64,000 nt of DNA from Octopus sinensis (lineage: Eukaryota). Numbering within the stretch: position 1 is the first letter of the stretch; each line of letters opens with the position of its first letter. Under the pieces are notes generated by a model. It was given only the letters and a program-made list of their open reading frames with translations, did no database searches and was not told the DNA's origin. The stretch is from the NCBI RefSeq assembly GCF_006345805.1, contig NC_042998.1, positions 80,104,001 through 80,168,000 on the forward strand. The letters are read 5' to 3'. Positions 24,854-39,029 of the stretch are shown piece by piece. The translations under genes were made by a program, and so were the position numbers.

Positions 24854-26080
24854 CTTTAAAAGAATGATCTCATTAAACCAAATAACTGGTGCTTATGAGG
24901 TCATGCAGTTCAACTGTTAGACACTTCTGGCGGTGCATCTCTTACAAAAAAGGTCAATTCTCCTTACATCCTAGGATTGAGACATGTAGATCAAACACAT
25001 TAAGTTGAGATTACAACTACTATTAAATATGGCTTTGCACTACACAACATGGGCTGTTGCCAGTGTATCGGTGATCTGTTGATAAGCAAGCAAACTGAGA
25101 ACTCAGAAAATTATCTCCATTGACAAAATGTTCATATAAAAATCTCACACTTTCAAATATTTACTTTGAACAAATATCACATCAGATTAATTAACTACTT
25201 CAACATCTAATGCAATATCTGAGATTTCTATTAATTTCTTTTACCTGAGCGTTAAGCTATTTATATATAGTGTTGTCTGCATCAGCTATCACCTTTTGAT
25301 CTAATAACTTGCCAATTTTAGTTCTACTGAAATGTTTGGATTATCATCTCCACTTTATATAACTCTCCAATCAACAAAAATAAAAATACAGCCTCAACAT
25401 AACCTTTAAATATCTGATTATTTTCAATATGCCCTTTCTATGAAATTATCCAGCTGAATCTGTTTTCTTACTTCAATTTATATCTGATACACCTATATCA
25501 CATCTGAGAGGCACTAATCCAACTAAATCTCCACATAGTCTTTGCATTCCTAACAAACACCTCAGCAAAAATATATTAAATTACACGTACAGAATAGATT
25601 GTTTGAAATTCTTGACATAAAATATCACAATTTATAGTTCTTTAAGCTACTGAACAAACACCTGGAAGAAAAAGAAGTTTTAGTAAATATTTTTAATGCA
25701 GACAAGCACCTAAGAATATCAGTGAACTCTGCAACCTGGTTACAATTCCTACTGGTGGCAATTTCACTCCTTTTTACATTGCTAACCTTCTGGAGTTAAA
25801 ACATGTAGGTTACACAATTTAGTAAAATATTTCTCATTATTATTGGTTTAACATACAGTTTTTCCAATGCTCGCATCGATCAGATGGAATTTGTTGAGGT
25901 GGATTTTGTATGGCTGAATGCCCTTCCTGTCACCAAGTAAGGTAATATTTCCTCATGACCAGACATGTTTTCACAGAAGATTCGAAACAAAAGGACACTG
26001 CTTGCATGATGGCGACACTTATTTACAACTATCACAAAGATAAGGAAGGAGGCAGTAATACACATATGCACACAAACATC

Positions 26081-26147
<67 letters not shown>

Positions 26148-28280
26148 GCTTCTTTCAGGTTCTATCTACCAAATCCACTCAAAAAGCTTTGATCAACCCA
26201 GGACTATAGTAGAAGATACATGCCTAAATTACCATGCTGGGGCACTGAATCCAAAACCCTGTAGTTGGGAAGCAAACTTCCTACCACTCAACCATGGCTC
26301 CTACTTCAAGAAACTTCAGTACATACTAAAATAACTAGTATGGATTTCTTTACTCAACCAAGCGGAAATATAAGACTCATATCCTTAATGAGTGCATAAA
26401 CCTAAAACCTTTTTGATGACAGCTAAGGTAAATGTCCCAAAATTGCAGACCAGTTCATGAATTGGCAGACTGATTGGTTTTTAACCTCAGCTGATATTTA
26501 CTACTGTTTCTCTCAGTGATGTAGAGAGAACCTCTTTCATTTGTTAACTGTAGATGTGTGTATTGTAACTGCTTCATAAGTACTTTGTGGACTAAGGACT
26601 CTTATCAGCAACTCCAAATTAATGAGGGAACCCCAACCTGGCTAGAAACAATTCTTACTCAACCTTAGAACTAGTAACCAAATTTTCCTCACTTCAATAC
26701 TACATTGGATAATGTACCTCCAAATACACTATATCTCAGAGAGAGAGAGAGAGAGAGAGGCTAGTCAGAGCTGAAATACTTTTGATTGGAGATCTTGATT
26801 GATCAAACAGAAGGTAAACAGAAACCAACAGGATTCTTCATCAGTGACAGTTGGATTTAAACTTACAATGGAACAATTACTAAAAGGCATTTTGTTTTAC
26901 ACTCTAATGATTCTACCACCTATAGCTCTAATAATATAATAGTGAATACTAAGTATGGGCATGAAAGTCACAAATTTTGAGGAGAGGGAGCAGTTGATTA
27001 AATCAAATTCTCAGTAATTGATTGGTTTCCATTTTATTGACTGGGGTGGGGTTGGAGTGAAGACAAAATTGGCTCTGATATGATTTGAAAATCAGAAGGC
27101 AAAGGGATGTAACTAAAAAAAACTGTTAGGCAATTTGTCCGTTACTCTACTGAGACTACAGCTCACAACCTTTAGTAATACTAATAATAATCATTATTAT
27201 AATTAGACTCCCATCACAAAATTGCAGATAAACTTTGTTGGGACATATAATTTAGAATAGTTCAAAGCACTGGTCTGTGTATTTGATCAAATGCTTTTTA
27301 GAAATTGGTGACTATACACTGTAAAAACCATAAAACAAGATCTATTATTTTCATCTCTGTTCATAAACTGATTCAAACAATAATCTAATTGTTCCCAGAT
27401 TTCTTTTAATATAATGAAGATTCAACATGCTAATATTTATTTTATTCACACTCTTTTGTTCCAAAAGTTCTCATCTATTTAACCATTGTTTGAAAGGACA
27501 ACGAACATGCTGACTTTCATCAGAAAAGCCATCAAAACTCCAATTAAGAGATTAAAATCTGAATATTGATTGCACAAATAATTAATGATAGGAATAAATA
27601 TTCAGCAATAATAATTAGTTGTTGTGTAGCACAAACTAATCAGCACAGTCTAAGCAGACCTATGGCACCTATGTATGTTGAGGCACTTTACTGATGAGCT
27701 GATAGACTTAGTGTTTAAAATAAATCTACACCTGCTTAAGGATAACATTGTGCACATCATCATTCATGGTCCAAGTATTTTCTTACTGAGTGTTGCTACT
27801 CTCATGGACTGACACATATGAATATCATTTTAGCCCAATTTCTACAGTTGGATGTCCTTTCTCTCGCCAACCATTTTACAGAGTGTACTGCATTTTCTAA
27901 TGGAACTAATAATATAAAAGTTGACAAGACCTCAGTGAGACAGGACTAAAGGGATTTTTTAGTATTATGCTTTCACTACACATTTGCCATCCACTATACT
28001 GTGTGCATTAAGTGACATAAAAGTGTTTATCATATGGGTGCAATGTGGCTTTCAGGAATGTTGTATTTTCTCTACTATCTACACTATACCTGTATGTCTG
28101 TTACTGGTATTTAGTCTTAAGTCAGTTATGACTAAGCAGGCTATAATTAAAGGCATGATAGCCATAATATCATACTGTCATTTTTTTTTAGTTGTTCTAT
28201 ATCTAGAACTTACATAGTCCAATGTAGGATAGCAGTATAGAATTTGTGAGTCTGTCATACTATCTCACCCAAAGAATGGT

Positions 28281-28622
28281 AAGGCAGACTCACAAACAAA
28301 TCCTTGTGGGAAAAGGCAAACCAGCATCTTATCAAAACTTACACCAAGAGGAGGAAGTCGGACAAAGCATTTCCTCCTCTTAGAGGAATGGTCTGGGACA
28401 AACCTTAAAGAAATCATTTCCAACATTACAAAGCAAACCCTTCGATGGACACCCCAAAGAAAATGCAAGTGTGACAGATGAACAATGTGGGAAAGGCCCA
28501 CAGAAACTGAAACATTGGCAGGCATCTACACCTGGGGACAACTGCAATCCACTGCCAAAGATCAAGACAGATGGAGGTCTCTTGTTGGCATCCTAAGCTC
28601 CACGGGGAGCTAAAGGATTAAA
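28281..28622 (+). mobile_element. RTE-clade LINE ORF 3' remnant
   Basis: LTNKSLWEKANQ...GQTLKK/SNITKQTLRWTPQRK...TWGQLQSTAKDQDRWRSLVGIL matches the RTE C-terminal pattern (NITRQAL.WNPQGKR...TW.QL...AQDR..WR.LV). Has stops and frameshifts. Confidence 0.8.
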
Positions 28623-29439
28623 AAGTATAGGTTTTGAGACAGAGAAACAGCTGCTATTAGCTTGCCTGTAGTTTCTGATAACAGTCACAGTAGAGATGGA
28701 TGCAGTGAACTTAGAATATGACAATTGTTATTTGTCTGTATCTATTCTGGTGATGTATAACCTTCAAATAAATAATTAGTTGTTGAACAGTAGTTACACA
28801 GTTGTTAAGATATCAAACTAATAAGACTATCATCACCAATTCAAAATCTCTCATAAAAATTTGTTGCTCAACAAGAATCAGTCAATACAGTTGTACAGTG
28901 ATATATTTATTTTTCATGTTTAGAAAATGTTTAATAATCAGGAAGAATCTAAACCAAAGCACATAATTACATCAATATGTCAGCCTACCAGATGACAAGG
29001 ACTGCTGATTAAACTCCAGGGGAAAAACTTAATTTGTAAAAAGAAAAAAAAAACAAAAAACAAATCATGTTAAAAATTAACAAAACTATAAATGAAAAAC
29101 AAAATAGAGGTTTGTTATATTTTATGTACATTCTTAATGTCTAATTCTTTACAAGAATGTTTACATTAAATCAGTTTTCCCCTTATATTTGCTTTGCTTT
29201 CTGTTTATTAATAGAAAGAAATACATGGATTTCTCTGTGTTTGATTAGGTATGATTTTTTTTATATAGTATGCTATGCTGCAGTCTTAGTGCTGCTATGT
29301 TACTTGGCTTGAATTTTTCAGATTACTGAGTCTTAAAGGAAACTTAGATGACAAGACATATTCTAACAATTTCTGTAAATATCAAAATTTGCACAACTAG
29401 CCAACTCATGAAAAGAATGTGTGAGTGTGTGTGTATTCT

Positions 29440-29829
29440 TTTATTCTTTCTTTTGTTTCAGTCATTTGACTGTGGCCATGTTGTAGCATTGCCTTAGTTG
29501 AACAACTCAACCCAAGGACTTATTCTTTGTAAGCCTAGTACTTATTCTATCGGTTTCTTTTGCCAAACCACTAAGTTACGGGCATGTAGACACACCAACA
29601 TCAGTTGTCAAGTGATGATGGGGGGGATAAACACAAACACACAAAAATACACACACACACACATTTATATACAACGGGCTTCTTTAATTTTAGTCTACCA
29701 AATCCATTCGCAAGGCTTTGGTTGGCCCAAGGCCATAGTAGAAGACACTTGCCCAAGATGCCACACAGTGGGACTGAATCCTGAACCATGTGGTTGGTAA
29801 GCAAGCTACTTACAACATAGCCACTCCTG

Positions 29830-29830
<1 letters not shown>
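29440..29830 (-). mobile_element. SINE family B, full length
   Basis: Reverse complement of GCAGGAGTGGCTATGTTGTAAGTAGCTTGCTTACCAACCAC... Confidence 0.85.
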
Positions 29831-29863
<33 letters not shown>

Positions 29864-30690
29864 GTCAACTCAAATAATCAAACATTAAAAATAACAATAA
29901 CAACAAGAGGATGTGCACATGGAATGTATGAGTTTGATACTCAGTAAAAAGAGAGGGTTTTTGATATCTTGAGCATAGCTCTTCATCAGAAAGCAAAAGA
30001 ATTAGAACTTATTACCTAACACTGATACAAGCCATCAAATTTACAGAGGAGGGAAATAAGGAGAATTAAGAAAGAGCAGTGGATTTCATGGCGCATTCAC
30101 AAAACTTTTATGTTTAGAGCTTCACATGAATTATCATATTCCAGTCTGCTACCAGTATAGTGGTTAAGCACTACTTTACTTCGTAGTATTATTAGTTATG
30201 AGATACAGACCATATGTAGGAGAAAGTTTAAGATAAGCACAATAATAATATTGTCTTCTTTTCTTAACATCACACAGTTGTAAATGATCATCATTGTCTT
30301 GCAAGCATTGATGTTCATTTCCAATCTTCTGTGACCATGGGAAAATATTAACCTTACTTGGAAACAGGCGAGGGTTGGCATCAGGAAGAGCATCAATATC
30401 ATTATCACCATCATCATTAACATCCGTTTACCATGCTGGTATGGGTTGGACGATTTGACTAGAGCTGGCAAGCCAGAGATCTGCACCAGGTTCCAGTCTG
30501 ATTTGGTTTGGTTTTCATGACTTGATGCTCTTCCTAATACCAGCCACTATACAGGTTTTGAAACATATTGCGACTAGATTATAACATATCACAAGAATTA
30601 TATTATTATATATATATACAAAAAAGAAAAAAAGGTCACCATCCTTTTGGGTGTGCAGTGCTCCCTATACACACTCAAAATATACACTCT

Positions 30691-30962
30691 TGATTATATT
30701 TCAAGGGTGCCTTCTGCATGAAGAACATATAGTTAAGTGCTAGCTGACATACTTGAAGTGATGAGTCAAAAATGATTTTTAATCAAGTGAAATTATAATT
30801 GTAATAAGAAAATTCATTAGCTTTAATGAAAATTTCTTGTCCTTTTGTGAGAAATTTTCATTAATGCTAATGAATTTGCTTCTCATTACAATTATAATTG
30901 CAATTGATTAAAAATTATTTTCAGCTCACCACTTCAAACATGATAGTCAGCACTTAACCATA
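30691..30962. repeat. Long foldback (about 110-bp arms, 12-nt loop 30838-30849)
   Basis: 30726-30837 pairs with 30850-30962. Inner ~47 bp are nearly perfect; outer part is more diverged. Confidence 0.85.
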
Positions 30963-31039
30963 AACACACACATACACACACAACCTTCAATTATAAAGGA
31001 AAAAAAACCCACTAAATTTACATGATGTTCATGGCTTTC

Positions 31040-31400
31040 ACAAACTGAAAACAAAGATTGTGTGGTTCATGACCACATGGTTTGGGGTCCAGTCCCTCTG
31101 CACGACACCTTGGTGGAGTGTCTTCTATTGTAGCTTCAGGCTGATAAATGACTTGTAGGTGAGTATGGTAGACAGAACCTGTTGTGTGTGTACATGCATG
31201 TGTGCACTTGCATGCATGCTTTTTTTACCTATCACTGCCTGAATATTGACATTGATGTATTTATATCCCAGAAACTTAGTGGTTTTGTAAAAACAGACTG
31301 ACAGAATAAGTTTCCAACTTAAAATAATTATTGGGGTCAATTTGCTTGACTAAACACTACAAGGCATTGTTGTGGCACTGTCTCAGTCCAACAATCAAAA
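31040..31400 (+). mobile_element. SINE family B
   Basis: GACCACATGGTTTGGGGTCCAGTCCCTCTGCACGACACCTTGG...AGAATAAGT. Confidence 0.7.
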
Positions 31401-31610
31401 CAAGATTTGAACTTAGGTTTATCATGAACCCTAAGACTCATAAGGCCAGAGTTTAGCTAGGTTTTCATAGTTTTTATGTGAAAAATTACAACAATCCCTC
31501 CTGAACAGGACACCAGTAAGATTCCCAGATTTGCTGGGAGTCATTTACAGTTGAGTGGAATGGTGCAACTTGAAATGTAGTATTTTGATCAAGAACACTA
31601 TGCACCACTA

Positions 31611-31699
31611 AAAATCATTTTGGACTCATCACTTCAAGTATGTCAGCTAGCATTTAATTATATGTTCTTCATGCAGAAGGCACCCTTGAAATATAATCA
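31611..31699. repeat. 89-bp inverted copy of 30691-30778
   Basis: About 3 differences (2 substitutions, 1 indel) by eye. Confidence 0.9.
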
Positions 31700-33155
31700 T
31701 AAGCCATAAACTATAGTATGCAAATACAGGATTTAAAAACCTTTTGGATACGACTTTTTCTACCCAAATAGTCTTTTACCCCAATATCTACATGCTGTAA
31801 TATATAACTTTATCTACTTCAAGTGCAACTGTTAAAAACAAATTATTACAGCAAACTGAGTTTTAGATTTGCATACAGTCACTAGAGAGAAGCTTCTTTG
31901 AGATAAAATTCTACAGCTAATGCTAATGTATGATGGTCATCATCATTGTTCATTCAACATTGTTTTCCCATTCACTGTTCCATGCTTGCATAGCTCAGAA
32001 TTTGCCAGAATTTTCTTCAGTAAAAAGAAGACACATCCTCCACAGCAGAAGAGTTAAGGTTGCTCCCCTTGATGAAGAAGATTGGCCTATATGAGTCCTG
32101 TACCAGTGTCATGTAAAGAATGCTCATGCAGGCGTCATGTAAAAGTGTTTGTGTCCAGGAACTGAAACCACAATGTTACAACTGTGAGTAGAACAACCTA
32201 ACCACAAGACAATGTGCCTTCTCTGAAACATGTAAAAGCAAAAAATGTAAAATACAAGAAAGAACTAAAATAGAGTAGGGAATTCAAGTGCTTATTTGAA
32301 AATGTATGATTCTTTTTATCAGAAACAAATGTAAAACAAACAACAGATAATCAAAGTTTATAACTTTCAAAAACATCAAATGTTGGGGCATGAAATTTAA
32401 CAAGTTCAATTAAATGAAAACCCACTAATAATCTTTAGTAAAAGTATTTATAATGGTTGAAAACAAGAAATCTTGACCTTCAGTAAAAATATATGGATGA
32501 GAAAAAAAAACCCCTGCTAAAACTCAAGACATTGTTCTTAGCTTTGATGAAGAGTTTAAAATCTTAGATAAATCAAATCTGGTAATGCTCTTTAAATCAA
32601 ACAGGTTTAACAAACATTTAAATTCGTTTGATAAAGACCTCAGGAAAGGTCAAATATGACAACAACAATCAATGTTGAATGAATAAAACTAAAACTCTTG
32701 CATCAGTGAAGCAATGACCAGCAAGAACTCAGAACTTTTGTAGCCAAAATAAAAAAAAAAAAGACAAAAAAATAAAACAAGAAAAATCAAAAGATGGAAG
32801 AATAAAATATGACCAGCAGACCAAACAGTTGCAATTAACCTACCAGCAGTGATTAATAGCTTTCAAAGTGCAATTTAAAATAATTTTTTTTGTAAAAAAA
32901 AAAAAAATGGAAAATTTTTAGAAAATAATAGCAACAATAAAATGTCTTAAGATATTCAGGTTTCTTTGAATAATAAATATATAGTAATAACAGTCAAACA
33001 TAAGTAGATGTCATATTTACGAAGAAGGGTGTTATTGATTGAATCAAATCTAGTATTTGACTAGGATTCATTTACTTTAGCAATCACAAGAGGAGGAAAT
33101 GTATAATAAATTATAATAATTTTAATAATACATATGTACACACACACACACACAC

Positions 33156-33212
<57 letters not shown>

Positions 33213-35562
33213 ATTATTATCATTTAATATCTATATTCCATACTGGCATGGGTTGGCTGGTTTGACAGGAACCTATGGGCCCAGGAACTGCACTGTACTC
33301 CATTGTCTGTTTTGGTATGATTTCCATGGCTGGATGCCCTTCCTAATGCCAACCAGCTTACAGTGTGCAATAGGGTACTTTTTTCATGCTACTGGAATTA
33401 GAGAAGTCACAACACAGTTTGGGGTGGGGAAACAGCTTTATGCTGGGAGATGAGAGGCAAAAGATGGATAAAATTATGAGAGAAGGGGTCAGAGCAGAAC
33501 AGGCTTCTTGTTGTAGAGGAACTACATGACTACTCACAATCTTAGAAGAGAAGGTAAGAATGATTGATATATAACCGATGTCTTAATAGAGTGTTATCCT
33601 TTGATCCATCTATAATGGCAATAATTCAAAATAAGAGCTGACTGAAATTGTGTCAAACTGTCCTATCAATCTCAACACGAAAAAGAAACATAAAATGATT
33701 AAATATATTTGTATGTGTAACAATAAATCTTTTCCTACCATTTATACTTTAATATTTCTCTTAATACCTTGCCTAAAGAGATTGTTTTTTCTCTCCTATT
33801 CTTCCTTACAGTTGTCTAGACATTCTTTTAGCATTGTGAATTATAAGGCATGCACACTAATGTTGGTGCCACAGTAAAATGCACCCAAGATAGACTGTAA
33901 AAATGATTGATGTTGTTAGGAAGGTCATCCAGCTGTACAAACCAAGTCAAAACTGAGATGGTGGAGCAAGATGTAGTCTCCGAAATTATCCACAACCCAA
34001 GCCAGTACAGAAAGGAGATGTAAAATGATGATTAGGATTATGATGGCAGAAAGATGACACACACATACTCATGCATGTATGAATAGCTAGCTGTAGGAAT
34101 TGCCAATATAACTCAGTTTGACAACTTAAAAGCTACTTGGTGCTACTTTTTAACCAAACCTTTTGTTATGGCCAATATTAGAGAATGTGGATACAGTCAT
34201 GGTTGTGTGGCTAAGAAATTTGCTTCCCAACCAGATGGCTTCAGATTCAGCCCTTGGGCAAGTGTCTTTTACTAAAGCTCCAATCAACTAAGGCCTTGTG
34301 AGTGGATTTCATAGATGGAAGCTTCTTAGCTTCCTATCCTATCATCATCATCATCATCATCCACATCATTTTAATATTCAATTTTTCATGCTGGCATGGG
34401 TTAAATGGAATTCGTTAAGGAAGATTTTTCTATGGCTTGATACCTTTTCTGTCACCAGTTCTAATTGTTTCCAAATAAGATAATATTTTCTCTTGACTGA
34501 ACATATTGTCATAGAAGACTGGAAACAAATGGCACTGCTTGTATGATAGTGACACTCACTTTCACTTGCAACTATCTTGTGATGTCCAAGAGAAGGCGAC
34601 ATAGACACACACATATATAAGCAAGCTGTTTTCAGTTTCCATCTATCTACTGACAAGTCTTTGGACAGCCCAGGGCTATAGTGGAAGGCACCATGGGAGT
34701 GAATCTGAAACCATGTGGTTGGGTAGCAAACTTCTTACCACACAGCCGTGCCTATACCTTATATATATATGCATATGTGCATGTTTGTGTGTGTGTGTAC
34801 ATATGCATAACTGTGTGCACATGCACATTAGAGTTTACATTTTCAGATTTCTGAACATTGCAAGCTACTAGCAATGATGTAAATTCTCATTTCAGTAAAT
34901 CTTCTGTTGGCTTTGCATCTTTCAAAGACATGTGAAATAAGAGATCCCTTACTCAAACAAATAAAAGTCAGTGATAGAAAGAACATCTGACTGGTAAACA
35001 ATGCTTTTATAATATATTCATCTAACCCATGCTAACTTGGAAAAACATGTAAAATCAAACAGAAAAATATTTACAGAATTTTAAATTGACAACCAAATTC
35101 TTTTCATATCATGAAAAAATTATTCTGGCATCTTCTATATAGAAACATTAGTAGATATAGTCTTCAAAAGACTAAAATAGCACATAAAGTTAAGGAAAAT
35201 ATATCTACTCCATGTTAGAAAGCATTTTTGTGTTCACACCAATAGTAGTTAGTAAATTACAACAGCAGGGAAGAGGCTAATGCGAGACAAATGGAGATTG
35301 GTAGCTCACCTTGCAAGAAGACTCACAGGAAACTCAAGTGTTAAATCCAGCAAATAAACCAATGTCATTGATTTAATAAGCATTGTTTTGTGAAACAAAT
35401 GAACTAACAGATTTGTTTTTATTTCAGACATCAATGTATTTCAACCTGAGACTGGTGGCAGACATGTGGTCTGATATTTTAATTCTGTAATTCTGTACTT
35501 GACTTTTGTTTAGTAATAAGTAGTAGTCTGTATCCAAAATCATATATACATAGCTACATAGC

Positions 35563-35602
<40 letters not shown>

Positions 35603-36419
35603 CACACAGTAGACATTTTTGATGTTATCTTTATAACATATGGTCCTGAATCAAGGGGAGTCATAGACGAGGTATGAATCAGACAATATCTCAAAATAAT
35701 CGTTTATAAACAAAAAGACTGACTCGAGGTTATTTCAAGCACAATGCAATATCTAGTTTAATAATAATAATAATAATAATAATTTCTTTAATAATAATAT
35801 TAATAATTTCTTTAATAATAATAATATTAATAATAATAGTTACAATAACTATGAATTATTTTTATGGTAATGATAATGATGATAAAAATATCAGAAATAC
35901 AAACAGAAAAATGGAGATCCGTTACAAAGAACAATATACAGACAGCAATTTATTAGATTTTCAAGTCAAATCTGACAAAAATGTTGTCTCTAGAGGCAAC
36001 TACAAAGCCAATTTCCCAATTTTTCATTTCTATTGTTTGCAGTTGTTTAAGATTCCAGCAGCTGACAGAACTCTTTGTTTTCTCTTATTTTCAATGATAT
36101 AGCAGCAAACTGCTTCTGAAATACTTTAATTCCTGTGACATCAATAGAATTAACCCATTGTTAAGAAGGTCTGTTATATTTATATGTGACTATATGGGAA
36201 ATCCCATTGCAACTAAACAGGTTTTTTTCACTTTTGTAATAGTACAGCACAGTTCAATGGCTATGAGGTTATGAGTTCACAGCTGACTGTCAGTATTGTA
36301 TTTAACCCTTGTTTGAGGCACATAAATCTGCTTGTCTCAGTTTGCCTGACTGACAAAATAAATGTAAGATTCTATTATGATTCCCCAATTATAAAAAAAG
36401 CAAATAATTTGTATTTCAC

Positions 36420-36710
36420 AGGCAATGGCTGTGTGGTTAAAAAGCTCACTTTGCAACCATGTGGTTTGGGGTTCAGTCTCATTGCACAGCACCTTGGGCA
36501 AGTATCTTCTATTATAGCCTTGATGATTAATAACTTGAGAATTAATTTAGTAGATAGAAACTGTGTGAAAACCCATTTTGTGTGTTTATATATGTGTGCA
36601 TGTGTTTTGAATTTGTCTACCTCTACCACTTGACGACCAGTGTTGGTTTGTTTATGTCTAAATAACTTAATAGTTGAGCAAAAGAGACCAATAGAATAAG
36701 TAAAACAGTT
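36420..36710 (+). mobile_element. SINE family B
   Basis: GGCTGTGTGGTTAAAAAGCTCACT...CACCTTGGGCAAGTATCTT...AAAAGAGACCAATAGAATAAGTA. Confidence 0.8.
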
Positions 36711-38569
36711 ACCTTCTTGAGCCATGCAGACTATAAGGGCATGTTTCCATGGTGTATAGATTCTCCACCTGGACAGGTTGCCAGCTGAGTGAACTGGAGC
36801 AACATGAAATGAAATGTTTTGCTCAAGAACACAATGCATCACCTGGTCCAGGAATTGAAACCACAATGTTACTATCATAAGTCCAACACCCTAAAACTTA
36901 AGCCACATGCCTCCACTAATGGAATAAGCATCAAACTTAAAAAATGAAATTACTGTGGGCGATTTGTTCAACTAGACCCTTCAAGCTGGTGCCCCAGGTT
37001 GACTACTGTTCAACGACTGAAACAAGTTAAAGATGAAGATGACCACATAGTTCCCAGTTCAATCCTTTAATGCAGCATCTTGGGCAAGTATTTTCTACCA
37101 TTGTCTTGAGTTAACCAATATGTAGAATTTAGTAGATGGACACAATCATTCACTTTATGCCTATTTTTTCCATGCTAGCATGGATTAAATTAATAGGTAT
37201 TATTGAGGTATTGTTCCACGTTTGTATGTCCCTCCTATCACTAAACTTTATTTGTTTATCAAATTGGAGTTTTCATGCCATTCAACATTGAAACCACAGA
37301 ACTAGCTGATAATTTGTTGACAGAAAAACAACAATCATTACTGCTCGCATCTCATCTTAGTGCAAAATGTAAACAATCACACACACACACACACAAATAT
37401 TCATGATAAGCTTTGTATATCTAACAAATTAACTCATAAAACATTGGTTGGTATGGGGTTATAGTAGAAGACCTTTGCTCAAGGTGCCACCCAATGGGAC
37501 TGAATCTGATCACATGGCTGCGAAGCAAACCTCCTAACAACACACCTATGCCTGTGGTTTATGTGTATATGAGAGTGTGCAAATGTGTGTGTGTGTGTGT
37601 GTGTTTATGTTTGCAGTCTAAAAACCTGTGCAGTATGTGTATGTAGTCCTTTATATCCTGTAATTTAGGGAAATGGAGATTGATAAACTAAATACCGGAC
37701 TGAAATAAGTACAAGGACCAATATAGTTGATTAAATCCTTGATGTCAGTGAACTAGCATGACCACTGTCCAGTGAATGAAACTGGTCAGAGAATTATTCT
37801 TCACTTTAGCACAATGTTGTTTGCTTTGGAAGAAAATAAAGTTGATTCCAGGTATGACTAAAACTTTTTTTTTTTACCCACCCACCGAAAGGATGAATAT
37901 TAAAGTTGGTAGTCATGGGATCATTAATTCAGATTGTAAAATGAAATACTGCAAGACATTAAGTACATATGCCACCCTTTAATAAGTAATAATGATAATA
38001 TTATCAAAACAGCAGAGGGAAAAGCGTGTTAGTATTTTGAAAATCTGATATCAGAAGATATATAAAAGCAATGATGATTTGTCTCAAAAGAGCTTGAAAC
38101 TTTATAAAAACAAAAAGAAATTATTCATAAATATCTACTATTTATAAAAAAATACTTTCTAATGATTCATATTTATTTTAACGTGAGTTAATGATAATGC
38201 TGACATATCTGTGTACATAGTTATACATCTTTGCTTGTAAATATAAATTAGTCAAATAAGTATAGGACTAGTTTCCCTAAATTAAGAGGAAGGAGGTTTT
38301 CCTTTTATATCCTACCAATATACCGTATAACACTGAAGATTTTCCCAATGATAATCTTTTCGCTCTACTAATACAACAAACATCTTCATAGCTAGTCCTT
38401 CCTTGGCACAGCTCTTTTCAAATAACAGTCATTCACTATTTTTATTGCAGTGGATTGACAAAATTGGTAGAGTAACAGACAAAAATACTCTGTAGTATTC
38501 AATTACATCCTTTTCACTTTCTGACTTCAAATCCTACTCTCTTTTTATCCCTATATTCATCCCATATCT

Positions 38570-38570
38570 T

Positions 38571-38620
<50 letters not shown>

Positions 38621-38998
38621 GTATATTCATACATATATATATATATAGACAAATACATATATATACATAGATATATACATACATACATATATATACATGC
38701 ATACATATATATACATGCATACATATACATACATGCATACATATATATACATGCATACATATACATACATACATATATACATACATACATACATATATAT
38801 ACATACATATACATACATACATATATATACATACATATACATACATATATATATACATATATATACATATATATATACACACACACACATATATATATAC
38901 ACATATATATACACACACACACACACATATATATATACACACACACATATATATATACACACACACATATATATATATACACACACATATATATATAT

Positions 38999-39028
<30 letters not shown>
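38570..39028. repeat. Compound TA/CA/TACATGCA microsatellite array
   Basis: Direct reading. Ends at a family C 3' tail (39029-39080). Confidence 0.95.

Positions 39029-39029
<1 letters not shown>

Noticed and set aside
24860-25650. Strong minus-strand acceptor at 25648 and purine-rich pseudo-coding stretch, faintly like a hAT dimerisation domain
   Set aside because: All frames stop within 40 nt of the acceptor, and the transposase likeness is too weak to call by eye.
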